The position numbers and the translations under genes were made by a program. Positions 36,675 to 46,847 of a DNA stretch of 64,000 bases are shown one piece after another (positions within the stretch are counted from its first letter, which is position 1; each line of letters begins with the position of its first letter). The DNA comes from Candidatus Latescibacterota bacterium (lineage in GTDB: Bacteria; Latescibacterota; UBA2968; UBA8231), in contig CBDAOB010000004.1 in NCBI GenBank assembly GCA_965197905.1, positions 1,152,001 through 1,216,000 on the forward strand. The letters run 5' to 3'. The notes under the pieces were generated by a model. It made no database searches, was not told where the DNA came from, and saw nothing but the letters and a program-made list of their open reading frames with translations.

Positions 36675-37535
36675 TTATTCGTCCAGTAGAACCCGAAGCT
36701 CGGGCGTCAAGCTGGAACGAAGCGATTCGGGAAAGTGGTCACGGTAGCCGGTCCTGCGGATCAACTCCTTCAGACGCGCGGCGGATGGGTGATAGAATGA
36801 CGTGAAATAGACGTAGCGAGGTTGCTTCGTCTTGTTGGGAGAAGCCGAGTGATAACAGAGGGGATTGAAAACCATCAAATCCCCATCGTTGCCGCAGATT
36901 TCGACGCCATCGCCGTCTTCGATGTCGGTGACCGTAGCCGTGTTGCTTGCGATCGGCTTTCGTCCGACTTCACGCTCGGCGCAGTCGCTAAGTTCGAGAG
37001 ACCGCTCGTGCGAGCCCGGTACGATCAAAACAGCTGCACCTCCAGCATCGACGGTACTGCAGTAGTGCAGCATCTGGTAGTAGACCCGCCGCGGCTTTGC
37101 CTGGAAGTCCGCGCGACAGAAGGCGGCGTCGATGTGCCAACTTAGCGACTGATAAGGGGGCGGCGAGGGATCGGTGCGCACGAAAACCTGCTCGCGCATC
37201 CGCAGGTCCCGGGAACCGATCAAGGTCGAGGCCAGTTCGAGGGTTGTGCGGTTGCTCGCCAGGCGAGCCATGATCGCCCCCGGAATGGGATGCCGCAGGT
37301 CGTGTCTGACGGTGCGTCGATCGGAGGTCTCAACAGGGCCGTCGATGAGTGCGCGAATCGCGGCTGTGGTTTCGCGGTCGAGATAGTCGGAGAAAACGGT
37401 ATACCCCTGATTCTCTAGCTCCTTCAACCGGGCATCGAGATGCGGCAATTCGGATAGCAGGTTTTTCCCCATGATCAATCCGGCGGCATGGTTGATGGGA
37501 TCTCGCCAAAGAGTATGACGAGACTGTGGGCTCAA
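36675..37535 (-). CDS. Phytanoyl-CoA dioxygenase (PhyH) family protein
   Basis: QGYTV, WHID (HxD), VPGSH and GDLMVF..CYHSASPN..R. The start may be the downstream MGKN. Confidence 0.88.
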   Translation of the reverse strand: MSPQSRHTLWRDPINHAAGLIMGKNLLSELPHLDARLKELENQGYTVFSDYLDRETTAAIRALIDGPVETSDRRTVRHDLRHPIPGAIMARLASNRTTLELASTLIGSRDLRMREQVFVRTDPSPPPYQSLSWHIDAAFCRADFQAKPRRVYYQMLHYCSTVDAGGAAVLIVPGSHERSLELSDCAEREVGRKPIASNTATVTDIEDGDGVEICGNDGDLMVFNPLCYHSASPNKTKQPRYVYFTSFYHPSAARLKELIRRTGYRDHFPESLRSSLTPELRVLLDE

Positions 37536-37815
37536 CGAAAGTGTTCCACGGGCGAGGTGTCATGGTGAAATCCGCCTTTCGGCCGGTTTCCGACCGTCGC
37601 GACTGCTCTTGCGAGCCAGGATAAACTGTTGAAGCTGAGAAACTAAGAGTTCGTCTGAGGGGTTTCTCTCTGCCGACGCTTCGCGCATATTCAGGGGTAT
37701 TTGATGCTCTTCGGGCTATTCATCAAATTCGAGCATGATTGTCGCGGCTAGCGGACCCGATCCGTCGCTACGACAAACATACTCGGCCGGCACAACAAAG
37801 AGGAGGGCGTAGTCG

Positions 37816-37971
37816 ATGTTTGCGAAAATACTGGGTGTTGCGGTGTTGGTGGTCGCAGCCCTTATCGCTCTGAGTATCGCCGGTTTCATTCTATCCATTA
37901 TCTGGAAAATTGGCATGATCGTGCTGGTCATTGGCGTCGGATATTTCGGATGGAAGCTGCTCAAGGATTGA
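37816..37971 (+). CDS. Small membrane protein (51 aa), absent from the ORF track
   Basis: Strong SD GAGGAGG; reads MFAKILGVAVLVVAALIALSIAGFILSIIWKIGMIVLVIGVGYFGWKLLKD*. Confidence 0.75.
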   Translation: MFAKILGVAVLVVAALIALSIAGFILSIIWKIGMIVLVIGVGYFGWKLLKD

Positions 37972-38011
37972 CCCAGAGGGCCCATCAAACAGCGAAAATG
38001 AGGATCGTGAC

Positions 38012-39283
38012 ATGACCAAGAGAAACGGAAAGAAACTGGCCCGCGGAGTGGCAGTGGTCGGCGCCGGCATGTCGGCGTTCGGCATGTTCAAAGACAAAGA
38101 CTCCAAGGATCTCTTTGCCGATGCCTATCGCGAGATGCTCGCCTCGGTGGACAAAGGGGTGGATCCGAACGAGATCGACGCTCTCTATCTGGGCAACTTC
38201 ACCAACGATTTTTTCGTGCACCAGGCCCATTGGGGACCGATCATCTCCGATCTTATCGGTTTGATTCCGAAGCCAGTAACCAGAATCGAAGGGGCCTGTG
38301 CCTCCAGCTCGCTCGCACTGCGCGAAGGTGTGCTCAGTATTGCCTCGGGTATCTACGACATGGTGCTTGTAGGCGGTCTCGAGGAGATGTCTAAGCTCTC
38401 CACCGAGCAGGTAGCGGAGGGTCTGGCACTCGCGGGCACCCCGTACGAGGGCGCCGCGGGATTTACCTTCCCCGGTATTTTTGGTGCCATCGCGACAGCG
38501 TACTTCGCCCAGTATGGAGCCAATCGCGAGCACTTGATGAACGTAACCATCAAAAGCCACGACAACGCCCGGAAGAATCCGAAAGCGCAGTTCAACCGAT
38601 CCATCACAGAAATGATGGAAGCGAAAGCGGAAAGAGCGAAACAGAGAGGAAAACCGATTCCTTCCTGGAGCGACGACAAGGAGTTTCTCCGCGATCCGGT
38701 GGCCAACCCGATGGTGGCGTGGCCCATACATCTTTTTGACTGCTGCCCCATTAGCGACGGGGCCAGTTGCATGCTGCTCGTCGCCGAAGATCTGGCAAAG
38801 CAGTTTACCGACACTCCGATCCACGTCGCCGGCATCGGTCAAGGCAGCGGCCGTGGACTCCACGCCGCCGAGACGCTCACCTCCTTCGGAGCGACTCAAC
38901 ACGCGGCACAGGAAGCCTACCACATGGCAGGCGTGACCGCCGACGACATCCAGTTTGCCGAGGTGCATGATTGTTTTTCCATGGCAGAGATTCTCCACAT
39001 GGAAGATCTCGGATTCTGTGGACCGGGCGAGGGGTACAAGGCGGTGGAAGACGGTTCGTCCAAGCTGGAAGGGCCGAAACCGATCAACACCTCAGGGGGG
39101 CTCAAATGCAAGGGACACCCCGTCGGTGCCACCGGAATCGCGCAGATGTTCGAGGTCTGGACGCAGTTGCGGGGCGAGGCGGGCGAGCGGCAGATCCCCA
39201 ATGACAACCTGCATCTGGGTCTCGCTCACAATCTTGGGGGCACCGGGGGCACGAGCTCGGTAACCGTGCTCGAAAGGAGATAA
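38012..39283 (+). CDS. Thiolase (archaeal/SCP2-type acetyl-CoA C-acyltransferase)
   Basis: EGACASS, CCPISDGA, EVHDCF, GHPVGATG and HNLGG motifs. Confidence 0.92.
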   Translation: MTKRNGKKLARGVAVVGAGMSAFGMFKDKDSKDLFADAYREMLASVDKGVDPNEIDALYLGNFTNDFFVHQAHWGPIISDLIGLIPKPVTRIEGACASSSLALREGVLSIASGIYDMVLVGGLEEMSKLSTEQVAEGLALAGTPYEGAAGFTFPGIFGAIATAYFAQYGANREHLMNVTIKSHDNARKNPKAQFNRSITEMMEAKAERAKQRGKPIPSWSDDKEFLRDPVANPMVAWPIHLFDCCPISDGASCMLLVAEDLAKQFTDTPIHVAGIGQGSGRGLHAAETLTSFGATQHAAQEAYHMAGVTADDIQFAEVHDCFSMAEILHMEDLGFCGPGEGYKAVEDGSSKLEGPKPINTSGGLKCKGHPVGATGIAQMFEVWTQLRGEAGERQIPNDNLHLGLAHNLGGTGGTSSVTVLERR

Positions 39284-39292
39284 GCCGTCACC

Positions 39293-39712
39293 GTGGAAAC
39301 CCGGCCGTTCAGCGATATCTCCTACCGGAAGTTTCTAGAGGAAGAACGCCTGATGGGATCGAAGTGCGAATCGTGCGGCCGGGTCTACGCGCCGCCGCGG
39401 CCGATCTGCATCCACTGCCACAGCTCGCAGATGCAGTGGATCCCACTCAGCGGAAACGGCACCTTGGCCGCCTTTACCTGCATCGCCATCGGTCCACCCT
39501 CCATGGCGGCGTTGGGGTACGGCCGCGACAATCCGTACTGCTCCGGTGTGGTCGCTTTGGAGGAAGGCGGGCGGGTCGATGCCCGCATTGAAGGCGTCGA
39601 CGCGAGAAACCCGGAGTCCATTCTGGTGGGATTGCCTTTGAAGGTGAAGTTTCTGCGCAACGGTGAGAACGACGGTGTCATTCTAGCGTTCGAGCCGCGA
39701 GAGAACGGTTAA
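39293..39712 (+). CDS. DUF35 Zn-ribbon/OB-fold acyl-CoA-binding protein
   Basis: CESC...PPR..CIHC zinc ribbon followed by an OB fold; adjacent to the thiolase. Confidence 0.9.
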   Translation: METRPFSDISYRKFLEEERLMGSKCESCGRVYAPPRPICIHCHSSQMQWIPLSGNGTLAAFTCIAIGPPSMAALGYGRDNPYCSGVVALEEGGRVDARIEGVDARNPESILVGLPLKVKFLRNGENDGVILAFEPRENG

Positions 39713-39754
39713 CGAACAACCCTTCGGTTTGTGCGGCGGACCCAACCCGCCGGT

Positions 39755-41101
39755 TCATCTGTCGTTTGAGCCAACAACCTCTTCCACAAGTTTGGCCACC
39801 GATTCCTTGATCTGGACCTCAATGCCCGGGCGGGGTGCAAGCCGGTTGCGGTAGACCAATCCCGCTGACTTGGCGGAGGCAAAGCTGGATGCTTCGTAAC
39901 CCCCCTTTGGCCCCATCTCCAGATCCCTGTCCGTCGGGATGTACGCCTCGCAGCCGTTGGTGTAGGCGCAGGACACGGTGTGTCGGAAGGGGGACTCTCG
40001 ATCGAACCACAAGCCGTATTCGCAGAAGAGCTCGTGGGGCGCAGTTAATAGACACCAGTCGTAGCCAAGAACGATCATATTGATTTCAAGAGGTATGCGG
40101 GGCGGCCGGTTTGCATCGATCATGACCTGAAGCTCGCGCAGACAATGGATGCGATCCTCGAGAATCCAGTGACGTTCCGGATCGCCGGCGGATTTCTGCT
40201 GCCTCGTCGTGGCACGTTCTAGAGCCTGACCGCACTCCGCTGCCGTTGGCAGATCCTCGCAGGCAAGCCAGACAGTGGTGGTGCCAAGCCTGCAGGTGGT
40301 TTCCTGCAGTGGAACGCTCTGCTCGAGAGCGTCCACAGTAGCCGCGCCCAGTCGATTGCCGGCTTCCTTCGCCGCCTCATGACCTGCCCGAAGTGGATGA
40401 CCGTTGATGTCGCCGCCACAACCCTGCACAAACACAGGCACGACATCAGCGCCGAGGGCTGCGCGAATACGAGCGACGGCCGCTCCTGGGAAATCCGCAC
40501 AGATAAGCGAGCTGGTGGCATGTACGATCACCGGGTGCGCGGCGTGACTGAAAAGAACGGCTACGGGACATTCGTTCTCGTCGTACGCTGCCAGGACGTC
40601 GACCCAGGGAATCTGTGGACCCTCGCGATTGGGAGCCATGATCACTCCCTCATCCGTATTCAGCCGACGGTTGACACCGACCTGCACCGGCGCACGCCCA
40701 ACCCGCAGCTGAACGGGGACCATCTTGTCCGCCGCTGCCTGAGATAGCTCGGGCAATGCCGCGCGCAGGTGATCCCGCCAACCGACCTCCTCGCTAAGGT
40801 GTTGTTGCCAGCCGCCAATACTCCACGGCATGGAAAAGGGCGCCGAGTGATTGTGGCTGCAGTTCAGCAGCACCGTTTCGATACCCGTAGCTCCCCGGAT
40901 CGCGCCGCGCAGCTCGTCGCTGAACTCGATGCTCAAACCCACCAGATCCATACCGACCACAACCCAGGGCTGACTGCCGTCGTCGGCCACCAGGGCGCGG
41001 GCGTAGAGAGGTTCATGAACGCCCGTGCTGGGGCCCATGCGGCCAAGAAGCCAACCGCCAACCGGAGGTGTTATGTCGGTCTCGCTCGCGCCTATCCGCA
41101 T
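39755..41101 (-). CDS. Neutral/alkaline ceramidase-like N-terminal domain protein
   Basis: DITPP, LYARAL, SHNHSAP, NRR, AAHP, ADFPG, QGCGGDIN and YIPT..GGYE motifs. Confidence 0.85.
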   Translation of the reverse strand: MRIGASETDITPPVGGWLLGRMGPSTGVHEPLYARALVADDGSQPWVVVGMDLVGLSIEFSDELRGAIRGATGIETVLLNCSHNHSAPFSMPWSIGGWQQHLSEEVGWRDHLRAALPELSQAAADKMVPVQLRVGRAPVQVGVNRRLNTDEGVIMAPNREGPQIPWVDVLAAYDENECPVAVLFSHAAHPVIVHATSSLICADFPGAAVARIRAALGADVVPVFVQGCGGDINGHPLRAGHEAAKEAGNRLGAATVDALEQSVPLQETTCRLGTTTVWLACEDLPTAAECGQALERATTRQQKSAGDPERHWILEDRIHCLRELQVMIDANRPPRIPLEINMIVLGYDWCLLTAPHELFCEYGLWFDRESPFRHTVSCAYTNGCEAYIPTDRDLEMGPKGGYEASSFASAKSAGLVYRNRLAPRPGIEVQIKESVAKLVEEVVGSNDR

Positions 41102-41117
41102 GCCCGCCCTCGCGTAG

Positions 41118-41974
41118 TCAGCCGCCAATCAACTGCGATAGATATGCCCCTTCTTCGGCGATCTTCCGGTCGTCTTCTCCGGGACCAAACTCTTCCAGCG
41201 AAATGTACCCCGTGTATCCCACATCCTTGAGATCCTGGATGATCTGGGGATGTCGGCTATACCTTCTCGAACGTCGCAAAAGTTCCATGTCCACTGCATC
41301 TTGCCGGTTTCGTCACGCTCGGTTTGAGCCGGTATAGCGTTTCCGATATGGCAGTGGGCAAGGTAGGGGCCGAGGAGCTCGAGCCCCATTCGGGTGTCTT
41401 CGATGCCCACCTTAATCATGTTAGGAACATCGAAGATGGCGCCGATGTGAGCGGGGTTCAGGTCTCTCAACAGCTCCAGGGTACGAGAGCATGAGACGGC
41501 GATGGTGCCGGCGTGAATCTCGTAGATGATCTTGACCCCGTATTCGCGCGCCGTTTCGACGAGGCTGGCAAACCCTGCACGAGCGTTCAAGAATTGCGGT
41601 TGATACGACAAGGTGCGGTCGTGGCGCTGCGCCCCGACCCGGATCAGCGGCGGATGGTGCGGATCGATGGCCAACGCGCCTCTGAATATCTTCTCGACCG
41701 TTTCCATGTCTTGGTAGGTGAAGTTGGGTGCTAGCGCGGCGACCGCGATGCCGCTGCGCTGGGAGGCTTCGCGGATTTTCGGGGCTTTGTCGACGACATT
41801 GTCGGGGCTGACGTCGGTGAGGTGGCGACCCCATGGCGACGGATCCGCGTTGGGATCGTCGGGGTTGTAGCGACACCGGAGCTCGACGCCGTCGTAGCCG
41901 TGCTCTGCCAGTTTGTCGAAGGTTTGGTCCAGGTCCCAACGCGGGAGCATGACCGAAGTAACGGAGAGTTTCAT
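41118..41974 (-). CDS. Xylose isomerase-like TIM-barrel sugar phosphate isomerase/epimerase (1-nt frameshift at about 41247)
   Basis: GYDGVELR, YEIH, DVPN and HCHIGN. Adding one C restores PQIIQDLKDVGYTGYISLEEF...GG*. Confidence 0.85.
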
Positions 41975-42231
41975 GATTCTTCCTTGTGCGGACGTCGTTT
42001 GAATTGCACCTGCGAGATCTACTAACAAACAACGACTTCTCATCAATATCAAAGGCTGTGGCGTCGGATGCCGCTACGGCAAGCTCGCGACTCAGTCTTT
42101 CGCACAGGAATCGCCCGAGTGGCAGCGAGAGTACGGTTTCCCCACCTTTGAGGAAACACCGGTTGCCCTGCCCTAGGAGCCGGCGCCTCACCTCACAGCC
42201 TGAGCCGAAAACTCTTACCAGTGGTAAGCCC

Positions 42232-43158
42232 GTGAAACTGTCTGCGAGGAAGATTGCGGGAAAGATGCGTTCGCTGGTGTGGGACCGCATCGAGAAGGCG
42301 CACGATCTACGCGTTTCCGCGGATATTTGCACGGATTCGCTTAAGACGGTCTGTCTCACTCTGGGACCCTACCGAAATCTCACCACCCTTACCGCCTCCG
42401 TGCTGTTCCTTCATCCGCGCTGTCAGGTTCTCAACTACGCGGGCGGGCGCGTATTCGGCGACGAGCGCATCGACTTCCTCGCCGAATATAGTGACGAGCG
42501 ATTTCAGACGTTTGTGCGCTACGCCCTGCATGCATGCACGACGGGCCGGCGCGGCAGCCACGGCGGATCGATCAAACACTCCCATGCAGTCGTCGAACGA
42601 TCCGATATGGCCGAGGCGGTCGCGGGAATGGCGCCCAAGGAGCAGGTGACGTGCCTGCTGTGGAAAGAGTCGTTGCGCACCAGCAACCACATCCGACATT
42701 GCGGCGTCGACCTTGCGGATGTGCTGGCGAAAAACGAGGCCCTGCGTTTCCTGATGCCTGTACGCCATCCCTTGGACTGCGCGGTGTCCAACATCCGCAA
42801 AGGCCACGTTCGTCATTTCGACGGCCTGACTGCCGGCGCCGACACGGAAACGACGGTGGCCGCCATCCTCGATGAGTTCGTGTGGTTTCGAAACCTGCAG
42901 AAACGGCATAGCGAACGCTTTTTCCACTACGTTGCACACGACGAACCGCGCCAGGTGCTCGCAAGGCTGGCAACTTTCCTGCAGTTGGAGGCGGAACAGG
43001 AGTGGCTCGAGGTCGGCACCGAGGCTTTCCAGGTGTCCTCCCAGTACGATCACTCGACAGATCTTGTAGGTCACTACCGCAGGTTAGTTGAGGAGAAGTT
43101 CGGTAGCGATCCTAAGTTTGCTCAGGATCTCCTGGGTTTCGTAACCGAGGAATCGTAG
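42232..43158 (+). CDS. Sulfotransferase-like P-loop protein
   Basis: LGPYRNLTTL (5'-PAPS-binding-like), LLWKE and VRHPLDCAVS (3'-PB-like). Start uncertain. Confidence 0.6.
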   Translation: MKLSARKIAGKMRSLVWDRIEKAHDLRVSADICTDSLKTVCLTLGPYRNLTTLTASVLFLHPRCQVLNYAGGRVFGDERIDFLAEYSDERFQTFVRYALHACTTGRRGSHGGSIKHSHAVVERSDMAEAVAGMAPKEQVTCLLWKESLRTSNHIRHCGVDLADVLAKNEALRFLMPVRHPLDCAVSNIRKGHVRHFDGLTAGADTETTVAAILDEFVWFRNLQKRHSERFFHYVAHDEPRQVLARLATFLQLEAEQEWLEVGTEAFQVSSQYDHSTDLVGHYRRLVEEKFGSDPKFAQDLLGFVTEES

Positions 43159-43360
43159 ACGCGAAGCCACTCAATCACCGTAGCGACTCGCCTCGATGAG
43201 CCTGGTTGCCGTCTTGACCGAAGCCCATATCGCAATTAGGTTCGGCCGCTTCTCAGCATCTCAATCACGAGTACGGCTATCGATTCCGCGGCGTCCAGAA
43301 GGGCTGGAAAGGTTTGATGGAGTGCACCTGGGAGCCGCCGGGCGTAGAAGAGGTAAGATC

Positions 43361-44164
43361 ATGACCCATACCCTCGGTCTTCGTTACTCCGGCCTTTGTT
43401 CCGGAGGCCGGCTGCAACGGGGCGACACGGAGATTCGCAGTTTGCCTTTGGATGTGGTGGCGGCCACCGGCGTCACCGGTCTCGAGCTGGTTCTGCCACC
43501 GGAGGCTACCGCCGAGGAAGTACTGAATCTGATCGAACCTCACGGCCTGTCTGTAACCAGCCTCGAAACGAAGACCGAGCTCGACGACGACCGCATCGGT
43601 GACACCCTGAAGGTCGCGGCAACAAAAGCGGCCCTGGCCCGAGCGTTAGGAGCGAGCTACCTGTTTACCAGTGTCCACGGTGGCCAACTCCCAAGGCAAA
43701 CCGTCTACGATCGTTTGCGTCAAGTGGGCGACGTCGTCGGAACCCACGAGATCTACCTTGCCATGGAGACCCACCCCGATCTGTGCCAGAATGCGGCTAA
43801 CATGCTCGAAACCATCACTGGCGTCCGCCACCCGTATGTGGGCATCAACTTCGACACCGCCAATGTCTACTACTACAATCGGGAGATGAACGGTCTTGCT
43901 GATCTTGAGCAGGTGGTTCAGCACGTGCGCGGTGTCCATTTCAAAGAAACCAACGGGGGCCTCAAAGACGGCCATTTCCCCGTTTTCGGAACGGGCATCG
44001 TCGACTTCGCCGGAGCGGAAGCTGTCCTGGAAGAGGCTGGATATACGGGGCCGTATGTTATGGAGCTGGAAGGTTCGGTCTTCGACTACACCAAACACGA
44101 CCAGCTGGAAGCTCAGGTTCGGTCCTGCGTCGATCACATCCGCGCGGTGTGCACTATCGTCTAG
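43361..44164 (+). CDS. Sugar phosphate isomerase/epimerase (AP endonuclease 2 TIM barrel)
   Basis: METHP, NFDTAN, VHFKE, GTGIVDF and YTGPYVMELE motifs. Confidence 0.9.
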   Translation: MTHTLGLRYSGLCSGGRLQRGDTEIRSLPLDVVAATGVTGLELVLPPEATAEEVLNLIEPHGLSVTSLETKTELDDDRIGDTLKVAATKAALARALGASYLFTSVHGGQLPRQTVYDRLRQVGDVVGTHEIYLAMETHPDLCQNAANMLETITGVRHPYVGINFDTANVYYYNREMNGLADLEQVVQHVRGVHFKETNGGLKDGHFPVFGTGIVDFAGAEAVLEEAGYTGPYVMELEGSVFDYTKHDQLEAQVRSCVDHIRAVCTIV

Positions 44165-44174
44165 AGCCCCCTGT

Positions 44175-44918
44175 ATGGATCTCACGTTCGAAGAGATTGA
44201 ACGCTACCATGATGAAGGCTACCTGGTTTTCCCGGGCCTTTTTGGCGGCGAAAAACTGGCTTACTTCAAACAGGTCCTCGATCAACTGGTTGCCCGCGCC
44301 GGATCGATGGAAACATCGCAGGGCGGTTTCAATCTGCAGCCAGACGTGGAGGGCCAACCGATTCCCGGGCGTTTGTGCAAAATCCAGGGCGTTTGCGTGG
44401 TCGAGCCCCGGCTCCTGGATCTAGCGTGTGCTGGTGAGATCGTCGATCGCGTCGCCGGTCTCATCGGACCCCGCCTGCACATGTTCGGGTCGAAGTTCTT
44501 TCCGATGTTGCCTCTCGATGGAACATCGACAGGTTGGCATCAGGACAACCATTATTTCGGAACCAACTCCGACCAGATCGTAAGTTGTGGCATCTACCTC
44601 GAAGAGACCGACCGTGGCAACGGCTGTTTACAGCTCGTACCGGGCAGTCACCGAACCAGAGATCTCCTTGAGCACAACGCGGGACAGGCCACCTATGCGC
44701 ACGGCGCGTGGGCACAGGTGGACGAATCGACAGCGATTCACCTTGAATGTCCGGCCGGTACGGTCGTTCTGTTTTCGGCGAACACCCTGCACGGAGCTGC
44801 AACCAACAGCAGCAACCGATCCCGGTATAGCACGGCGTGGCACTATCTACCCGCCGACCTGAATCTCAAAAGATTTCCGTTTGGCGAGTACGAGGACCGA
44901 CATCTGATTCGACCCTAG
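44175..44918 (+). CDS. Phytanoyl-CoA dioxygenase (PhyH) family protein
   Basis: GWHQD, NGCLQLVPGSH and LHGAATN..R motifs. Confidence 0.92.
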   Translation: MDLTFEEIERYHDEGYLVFPGLFGGEKLAYFKQVLDQLVARAGSMETSQGGFNLQPDVEGQPIPGRLCKIQGVCVVEPRLLDLACAGEIVDRVAGLIGPRLHMFGSKFFPMLPLDGTSTGWHQDNHYFGTNSDQIVSCGIYLEETDRGNGCLQLVPGSHRTRDLLEHNAGQATYAHGAWAQVDESTAIHLECPAGTVVLFSANTLHGAATNSSNRSRYSTAWHYLPADLNLKRFPFGEYEDRHLIRP

Positions 44919-44992
44919 CGAAATTACCGTGTTGCCAGTGCGCGGCACGCGTTCAATTCTGGCCGCGAGATTCGCTGGACCATTGGAGGACT

Positions 44993-45658
44993 ATGCTCAC
45001 AGAAGAGAAACGCGAACAACTGTTGCAGCTATCGACGCCGCTCGCCGTCGATGCCATGGATCGACTCGGCTTGCCTGAAGCCGTCCTAGATCCCGCCATC
45101 CGCCCGGTCGAACCCAACACGCGAATGGCCGGAACGGCGATCACGGTACTGTTTGAGTCCCAGCCCGATCGGTCACGGGCCAATCTTGCGCGCTACTCCG
45201 AAGCGTTGGAGAACTCCTCCGGTCTCTTCTGCCCTATTATCACCCTGCAGGTGCCCCCGGAACATCACCATCGCGGGGTCTTCGGAGAGGGAGCGGCCAC
45301 CACAGCCCGGCAGAACGGGTTCGTCGGCGCCCTGGTGGATGGTGCGGTACGGGATACCCCTGACCTGCAGCGGATGCAGTACCCCGTATTCAGTCGGGCC
45401 GTGTCGCCCGGTTATATCGTGGGGAAGGTAGAGGCCGTCAGCCGGGATGAGCCGGTGCGTATCGGAGGCGTTCTGGTCGATCCCGGAGATGTCGTTTTCG
45501 GAGACAACGATGGTGTAGTGGTGATCCCATCGGACAAGCTGGATGATGTTCTCGACCGACCTCGGGCTATTCGAGCGTGGGAGGACGAGGTCCACCAATG
45601 GATGAAGCAGGGGTATTCAATCGATGATGCGATTGCGCGCACGGGCGAGATGCCCTGA
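44993..45658 (+). CDS. RraA/HMG-aldolase family protein
   Basis: DAMD, VFGE, DGAVRD and PGDVVFGDNDGVVVIP motifs. Confidence 0.9.
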   Translation: MLTEEKREQLLQLSTPLAVDAMDRLGLPEAVLDPAIRPVEPNTRMAGTAITVLFESQPDRSRANLARYSEALENSSGLFCPIITLQVPPEHHHRGVFGEGAATTARQNGFVGALVDGAVRDTPDLQRMQYPVFSRAVSPGYIVGKVEAVSRDEPVRIGGVLVDPGDVVFGDNDGVVVIPSDKLDDVLDRPRAIRAWEDEVHQWMKQGYSIDDAIARTGEMP

Positions 45659-45693
45659 TTCGACCGAGTCGAATTCTCAGCTGGAGAAGCTAA

Positions 45694-46806
45694 ATGACTG
45701 CGAATTACCGCGCCGGCGTGATCGGCAGAACAAATCGTGGCAACTACGGACATGCGCTGGACACCGTGTACGCAGCTTCACCTGATGTCGATTGCGTCAC
45801 CGTGGCAGATGATGACGATGTAGGATTGCAAGCAGCGGGGGAACGGCTCGGCGTAACGGCTTTGTACGCCGACTATCGCGAGATGCTTGAGAAACAAGAG
45901 CTCGACATCGTCAGCGTAGCGCCACGCTGGGTCGATTGTCACCACGAGATGGTAATCGCCTGCGCCGAGGCCGGCGTAAAGGCGATCTTCTGCGAAAAGC
46001 CTATGGCCAAAACCCTGGCGGAAGCGGACGCGATGCTGGAGGCGTGCCAGCGCAACAACGTCAAGGTGGCAGTGGCCCATCGCAGGGCCTGTGCGCACGA
46101 GCAATACGGCAAGGAGCTGGTGGAGCGCGGTGAGATCGGTCAGGTCCTATCGATCAAGTCACACGGCAAATGCGATCAGCGGGTCGGCGCGATGGACTTG
46201 GCGGTTCTGGGGACCCATATGCTGGACAGCATGCGTTTTTTCGCCGGCGCCGACGTCGACTGGGCGTACGGCCATGTAACCAGGGACGGCAAAGAGGTGA
46301 CGGCAGGAGATATCTACGAAGAGCAGGAAGGGATCGGCCATACCGCCGGCAACAGGGTGTGGGCGTATTACGCCTTCAAGAACGGTGTTACCGGAAGTTT
46401 CGAATCGTATGGGGGCGACAACCCGGGTGGGCGCTGGTTCGGATTCGAGGTCCACGGCAGGGAAGGCATCATCGCCCTCCGGAACTCGCCCAAGACGGAG
46501 ATGTACGTCTACCCCCACGCCTTCTGGGTCCCGGGAGAGGACGATCCGAAGTGGAAACGGATCAATCTTCGAGAATGGGACCAGTTAGAGAATCAAACCC
46601 ACCAGAGCAACCTGATGATTCTGGAAGAGCTGGTGCAGGCGATCGAAACGGATGGCGAGGTGACGAGATGCTGTAGCGGGTCCGACGCCCGCGCCGCGCT
46701 GGAGATGATCATGGCGGTGCACGAATCCCAACGGCTCAAGACGCGGGTAGATTTTCCGCTGGTCAACCGCGAAAATCCCTACGATCTGCTGATGGCTGCG
46801 GAGTGA
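45694..46806 (+). CDS. Gfo/Idh/MocA family oxidoreductase
   Basis: YADYREML, FCEKP and GTHMLD motifs. Confidence 0.92.
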   Translation: MTANYRAGVIGRTNRGNYGHALDTVYAASPDVDCVTVADDDDVGLQAAGERLGVTALYADYREMLEKQELDIVSVAPRWVDCHHEMVIACAEAGVKAIFCEKPMAKTLAEADAMLEACQRNNVKVAVAHRRACAHEQYGKELVERGEIGQVLSIKSHGKCDQRVGAMDLAVLGTHMLDSMRFFAGADVDWAYGHVTRDGKEVTAGDIYEEQEGIGHTAGNRVWAYYAFKNGVTGSFESYGGDNPGGRWFGFEVHGREGIIALRNSPKTEMYVYPHAFWVPGEDDPKWKRINLREWDQLENQTHQSNLMILEELVQAIETDGEVTRCCSGSDARAALEMIMAVHESQRLKTRVDFPLVNRENPYDLLMAAE

Positions 46807-46847
46807 GACTGGGGCGGGAAAGGCGTCCGCCTAATCCTCGCCTCCTC

